Shown here in pieces: positions 7,057 to 10,807 of a stretch of 10,807 bases of DNA. The DNA comes from Eubacteriales bacterium OttesenSCG-928-N13 (lineage in GTDB: Bacteria > Bacillota > Clostridia > Christensenellales > Aristaeellaceae). The stretch spans positions 1 to 10,807 of the forward strand of contig JAJDGF010000069.1 in the NCBI GenBank assembly GCA_030265545.1, given 5' to 3'. The position numbers and the translations under genes were made by a program. Numbering within the stretch: the first letter of the stretch is position 1; every line of letters starts with the position of its first letter. The notes beneath the pieces are model-generated. The model was not told where the DNA came from. It did no database searches and was given only the letters and a program-made list of their open reading frames with translations.

Positions 7057-7848
7057 ATGTCAGCATGGCTAGAGGCGATGACCGGCCTCGAGCGCGTGTT
7101 CGCGTATGTGGCCATCGCCGGTTCGGTCGCGCTGCTGATCCAGTTCATTTTGCAGCTGATTGGCATCGGGCATACTTCAGAAATGGGTTCGGCTGAACTG
7201 GACCATGATGGCTTCGATGCGGGCGACATGGATCATGACGGCATTGACCACGTCGATTTCGACCACGTCGATTTCGACCATGGCGATTTCGACCACGTCG
7301 ATTTCGATCACGATGGCTTCGATCACGACGGTCATGATCATGCCGGCATGATGCACGCTCGGGATGTGCTGGATGGGCACCATCCGCATAGCCAAGACGG
7401 CAGCGCAGATGCCGACCTGCGACCCTTCACCCTGCGCGGCATCATCGCGTTTCTGGCGGTGGGCGGCTGGGGCGGACTGATCCTGCTGAAGGCCGGGATC
7501 ATGGCGCCAATCGCCACGCTGCTCGCGATCGGGATGGGCGCAATCACGATGTTGCTGATGGCGCTGGCCATCCGCGCCATGATCCGCTTGCAGCAGGACG
7601 GCAGCATGGACATTCGCAACGCGCTTGGGTTGTCCGCCAGCGTATACATCACCATCCCACCCAATCGATCCGGTCGGGGCAAGGTCACCTTGCTCTTGCA
7701 GGAGCGCCTGGTGGAGCTGGATGCCGTGACCGACCAAAGCGATCCCATCCCCACCGGCACCCAGGTCTTTATCAGCGATGTGAGCAGCGAGGAGCTGCTC
7801 GTGGTCGAACCCGAATCCCCCATCCCGACATCAAAGGAGGACAAATAA
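7057..7848 (+). CDS. NfeD-like membrane protein (YuaF/YqiJ-type, flotillin-associated) with a His/Asp-rich repeat insert; 263 aa (ATG start preferred over the in-frame GTG at 7048)
   Basis: N-terminal TM helix, HD-rich segment, two further TM helices ('IIAFLAVGGWGGLILL', 'IATLLAIGMGAITMLLMALAI'). The C-terminal OB-fold-like segment 'GRGKVTLLLQERLVELDAVTD...GTQVFISDVSSEELLVVEP' is typical of short NfeD proteins. It sits immediately upstream of, and coupled to, a flotillin gene, as in yuaF-floT and yqiJK. RBS GAGGAGG (7042-7048) lies 8 nt before the ATG at 7057. Confidence 0.75.
   Translation: MSAWLEAMTGLERVFAYVAIAGSVALLIQFILQLIGIGHTSEMGSAELDHDGFDAGDMDHDGIDHVDFDHVDFDHGDFDHVDFDHDGFDHDGHDHAGMMHARDVLDGHHPHSQDGSADADLRPFTLRGIIAFLAVGGWGGLILLKAGIMAPIATLLAIGMGAITMLLMALAIRAMIRLQQDGSMDIRNALGLSASVYITIPPNRSGRGKVTLLLQERLVELDAVTDQSDPIPTGTQVFISDVSSEELLVVEPESPIPTSKEDK
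7201..7340 (+). repeat. In-frame tandem array of 15-bp units (consensus GACCACGTCGATTTC = D-H-V-D-F); three perfect copies at 7246-7275 and 7291-7305, plus degenerate copies
   Basis: Read directly. It encodes 'DHDGFDAGDMDHDGIDHVDFDHVDFDHGDFDHVDFDHDGFDHDGHDHAG'. Confidence 0.85.
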
Positions 7849-9243
7849 ATGGAATTCATCTATCTCACCGTGGTCATTGTGGTCCTGATCTTCTCGCTGC
7901 TCATCTTTTTGCTCAGCCGCTATCGCAAGTGCCCGTCCGACAAGATCCTGGTCATCTACGGCAACGTGGGTCAGAACAAGGACGGCACCGCCCGCTCCGC
8001 ACGCTGCATCCATGGCGGCGCGGCATTCATCATGCCGGTGGTGCAGGCCTATCAATATCTGGATCTGACGCCGCTGTCCATCTCAGTGGATCTGAAAAAC
8101 GCGCTCAGCCGCCAGAACATCCGAATCGACGTGCCCAGCCGGTTCACCGTGGGCATCTCCACCGAGCAGGGCGTGATGCAGAACGCCGCCGAGCGCCTGC
8201 TGGGGCTGAAGCTGACCGAGGTGCAGGAGCTCGCCAAGGACATCATCTTTGGCCAGCTGCGCCTGATCATCGCCACCATGGACATCGAAGAAATCAACAC
8301 CGACCGCGACAAATTCCTGGAGGCCGTGTCCCGCAATGTGGAGACCGAGCTGCGCAAGATCGGCCTGCGGCTGATCAACGTGAACGTGACCGACATCAGC
8401 GATGAATCGGGCTATATCGAGGCGCTCGGCAAGGAAGCCGCCGCCAAGGCGATCAACGATGCCAAGCGCTCCGTCGCCGAGCAGGACAGGGACGGCTCGA
8501 TCGGCGAGGCCAACGCCCAGCGTGACCAGCGCGTGCAGGTGGCTTCCGCCAACTCCACCGCCATCAGCGGCGAAAACGAAGCGCAGGCCGCCATCGCCAA
8601 ATCAAACGCGCTGCGCCGCGAGAAGGAAGCCGAGGCGCTCCGTCTGGCCATGGCCGCCGAAAAGATCCAGTCGGCCAACGCGTTGCAGGAAGCCTATGAC
8701 GCCGAGCGCATGGCCGAAGAGGCGCGCGCCGCGCGTGAGCAGGCCACCTTGCAGGCGGATGTCATCATCAAGGCCGAGATCAAAAAACAGGAAATTGAGC
8801 TGCAGGCCGAGGCCGAAGCCGAGCAGATCAGAAGGCTCGCCCGAGGCGAGGCGGACGCCATCTATGCCAAGATGGAAGCCGAGGCGCGCGGCATGCAGGA
8901 GATCCTGCTCAAGCAGGCGCTGGGATTCAAGGAACTGGTGCTTGCCGCAGGCGGCGACGCAAATGACGCGCTGCGCATGATGATCGCGGACAAGATGGAG
9001 GATCTGATGCGCGTGCAGGTGGATGCCGTGAAGAACCTGAAAATCGACAAGATCACCGTGTGGGACGGCGGCGAGAAGGACGGCAAGACCGCCACCGCCA
9101 ACTTCGTCAGCGGCATGATGAAGAGCATCCCGCCCATGAATGAGATGTTTGATATGGCCGGCATGCAGCTGCCCGAATACCTGGGCAAGCCCAAGGCAGG
9201 CGCCGTCGAGCAACAGATCGTGGAAGAACCTGCGCAGGCATAA
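7849..9243 (+). CDS. Flotillin-family SPFH/band-7 protein (FloT/YuaG/YqiK-like), 464 aa
   Basis: N-terminal membrane anchor 'LTVVIVVLIFSLLIFLL'. An SPFH domain is followed by a long Ala/Glu-rich coiled-coil flotillin region (EAEALRLAMAAEK...AEAEAEQIRRLARGEADAIYAKMEAEARG). The ATG directly abuts the nfeD TAA (…TAAATG…), with AAGGAGG at 7834-7840. Confidence 0.9.
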   Translation: MEFIYLTVVIVVLIFSLLIFLLSRYRKCPSDKILVIYGNVGQNKDGTARSARCIHGGAAFIMPVVQAYQYLDLTPLSISVDLKNALSRQNIRIDVPSRFTVGISTEQGVMQNAAERLLGLKLTEVQELAKDIIFGQLRLIIATMDIEEINTDRDKFLEAVSRNVETELRKIGLRLINVNVTDISDESGYIEALGKEAAAKAINDAKRSVAEQDRDGSIGEANAQRDQRVQVASANSTAISGENEAQAAIAKSNALRREKEAEALRLAMAAEKIQSANALQEAYDAERMAEEARAAREQATLQADVIIKAEIKKQEIELQAEAEAEQIRRLARGEADAIYAKMEAEARGMQEILLKQALGFKELVLAAGGDANDALRMMIADKMEDLMRVQVDAVKNLKIDKITVWDGGEKDGKTATANFVSGMMKSIPPMNEMFDMAGMQLPEYLGKPKAGAVEQQIVEEPAQA

Positions 9244-9267
9244 ATCAAACCTGCCCCATCGCAATCA

Positions 9268-9314
9268 GCAGCCGAAGGAGTGCATCTCTTTCGGCTGTTG
9301 CTCTGTATTATGGC
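9268..9314 (+). terminator. Rho-independent terminator after the flotillin gene: CAGCCGAAGGAG-tgcat-CTCTTTCGGCTG followed by TTGCTCTGTATTAT
   Basis: 12-bp stem with one G·U pair, a 5-nt loop and a T-rich tail, ~25 nt after the stop. Confidence 0.6.
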
Positions 9315-9325
9315 GCGGAATGCTA

Positions 9326-9355
9326 TTGACGAAATGGCAAAAATTGGTGTATTAT
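9326..9355 (+). promoter_or_regulatory. Promoter for the repeat-protein gene: -35 TTGACG (9326-9331), 18-nt spacer, TG-extended -10 TATTAT (9350-9355)
   Basis: Read directly. RBS GGGGAGGG (9391-9398) lies ~10 nt before the ATG at 9408. Confidence 0.6.
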
Positions 9356-9407
9356 GTAAATATACTGTATGCTGAACACCTTGACACAAAGGGGAGGGCA
9401 ATAATCT

Positions 9408-10807
9408 ATGAAACGAAACGTGTTATGGGTCGGGATCTTGGTGCTGGCGATCATGCTGGCGATGGGCAGCGTTGCGCTGGCCGAGGGTGTGCAGCCCAAG
9501 GCGGCGAAGCAGACTGTGATCACTCTGAGCGATGCGGGTGACGATGTTCTAATCAATAACAGCGGAAACTACATCATCAAGGGCACAACGACAAGCCAAC
9601 ACATCGTGGTCACCTGCAGCGCGCAGATCACGCTCGATAATGTGACGATGAACCTGACAGATGGCAGCACGCCATTCAAGGTCCTGGGCGGAAACGGCAA
9701 GGCGACGCTCAAGCTGAGCGGGCTGAATGTGCTGGTGAGCAGCGCAGCAGGCGCGCCCGCATTGGAAGTGAAGGATGGCGCATCACTGACCATCCAGAAC
9801 CTGAGCAGCAAGAAGCCGGGCAAGCTGTATGCCTATCATCGGCCAAGTACGAACAGCAATGCATCCAGCGGCGTGATCGGCGGTCAGAGCAGCGGCGAAA
9901 TCCATATCCAGAGCGGCGAGATCCGCGCGCTGGTGCAGGAATCAAGGCCTATCTATTCAAGCCATGCGGGGATCGGGGGCGGGACAAGGGCAAACGGTTA
10001 TCAAATCCGGATCTCGGGCGGCACCGTGACGGCCCAAGGCGGCGAAGATGGCGCGGGCATCGGCTCGGGCAATACGGGAAGCGCAGAGGTCACCATCTCG
10101 GGCGGCACAGTGAACGCCACGGGCGGATATTATGGCGCGGGCATCGGCTCTGGCATGTCTGCAAACGCCACCGTGACGATCTCGGGCGGCAACGTGACGG
10201 CCAAGGGCGGCTACAATGGCGCGGGCATCGGCTCGGGATATAGTGGCAGCGCAACGGTCACCATCTCTGGCGGCACCGTGACGGCCACGGGCGGCTCCTT
10301 TGGCGCGGGCATCGGCTCGGGGCGTGATTATAGCAGCGCAGATGTCACCATCTCGGGCGGCAAGGTGACGGCCAGGGGCGGCGCTTGGGGCGCCGGGATC
10401 GGCTCGGGATCCTATGATAGTGATGCAATCGTAACGATCACAGGCGGCAGGGTGACGGCCGCGGGCGGCGCTTGGGGCGCCGGGATCGGCTCGGGATCCT
10501 ATGATAGTGATGCAATCGTAACGATCACAGGCGGCAGGGTGACGGCCGCGGGCGGCGCTTGGGGCGCCGGGATCGGCTCGGGATCCTATGATAGTGATGC
10601 AATCGTAACGATCAAAGGCGGCAGTGTGACGGCCAGGGGCGGCGCTTGGGGCGCCGGGATCGGCTCGGGATCCTATGCTAGTGATGCAACCGTAACGATC
10701 AAAGGCGGCAGTGTGACGGCCACGGGCAGCACTTTCGGCGCCGGGATCGGCTCGGGAGGATATGGAAGCAACGCAGAGGTAACGATATCAGGCGGCAGGG
10801 TGACGGC
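9408..10807 (+). CDS. Secreted Gly-rich tandem-repeat protein (putative beta-helical or GLUG-like surface/adhesin protein), 5' partial: at least 466 aa, runs off the window end
   Basis: Absent from the supplied ORF track because no stop is reached. Hand translation from the ATG at 9408 stays open to 10807. Signal peptide 'MKRNVLWVGILVLAIMLAMGSVALAEG'. At least 10 repeats of 28-29 aa 'ISGG(T/K/R)VTAxGGxxGAGIGSGxxxSxAxVT'. Confidence 0.75.
   Translation, partial: MKRNVLWVGILVLAIMLAMGSVALAEGVQPKAAKQTVITLSDAGDDVLINNSGNYIIKGTTTSQHIVVTCSAQITLDNVTMNLTDGSTPFKVLGGNGKATLKLSGLNVLVSSAAGAPALEVKDGASLTIQNLSSKKPGKLYAYHRPSTNSNASSGVIGGQSSGEIHIQSGEIRALVQESRPIYSSHAGIGGGTRANGYQIRISGGTVTAQGGEDGAGIGSGNTGSAEVTISGGTVNATGGYYGAGIGSGMSANATVTISGGNVTAKGGYNGAGIGSGYSGSATVTISGGTVTATGGSFGAGIGSGRDYSSADVTISGGKVTARGGAWGAGIGSGSYDSDAIVTITGGRVTAAGGAWGAGIGSGSYDSDAIVTITGGRVTAAGGAWGAGIGSGSYDSDAIVTIKGGSVTARGGAWGAGIGSGSYASDATVTIKGGSVTATGSTFGAGIGSGGYGSNAEVTISGGRVT
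10377..10724 (+). repeat. 87-bp near-perfect tandem DNA repeats (two identical copies at 10377-10463 and 10464-10550, then two diverged copies) inside the repeat-protein gene
   Basis: Read directly. It encodes 'GGAWGAGIGSGSYDSDAIVTITGGRVTAA' twice, identically. Confidence 0.85.

Noticed and set aside
7177-8055. Minus-strand ORFs (7177..7737, 7338..7859, 7831..8055) antisense to nfeD/flotillin
   Set aside because: They fully overlap strongly supported genes with coupled starts, and have low-complexity composition. They are considered spurious.
8402-9401. Pro/Arg/Ser-rich +2-frame ORF (8402..8980) and antisense ORFs 8602..9264, 8862..9401
   Set aside because: Frame-shifted readings of the Ala/Glu-rich flotillin coiled-coil region. 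No independent signals.

Overview
Seven genes in three blocks, in a high-GC (~60%) genome that looks Firmicutes-like (AGGAGG-type RBSs, near-consensus sigma-A promoters in AT-rich spacers). (1) Minus strand: a CUT1-type sugar ABC importer. It comprises a solute-binding protein (2233..3510), a MalF-like permease (967..1875) and a MalG-like permease (135..962). No ATPase gene is in the window. A 357-bp spacer between the SBP and permease genes is packed with palindromes and hairpins. (2) Minus strand: a secreted Big_2 + CAP/SCP (YkwD-like) protein (3713..5074) with its own promoter and a clean terminator. (3) Plus strand, transcribed divergently from the CAP gene: a DUF853/YjgR-family HerA-like P-loop ATPase (5314..6888) ending in a terminator. 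It is followed by an NfeD-like (YuaF/YqiJ-type) membrane protein carrying an unusual His/Asp-rich (DHVDF)n insert (7057..7848). That gene is translationally coupled to an SPFH/flotillin (7849..9243). After a terminator and promoter, a 3'-truncated secreted Gly-rich tandem-repeat surface protein begins (9408..>10807). Its DNA contains perfect 87-bp tandem repeats. I do not recognise a known defence or mobile system here. The points most worth checking are the variable-looking repeat protein, the HD-rich NfeD insert, HerA-like ATPase/NfeD-flotillin neighbourhood and the regulatory repeat architecture inside the ABC operon.
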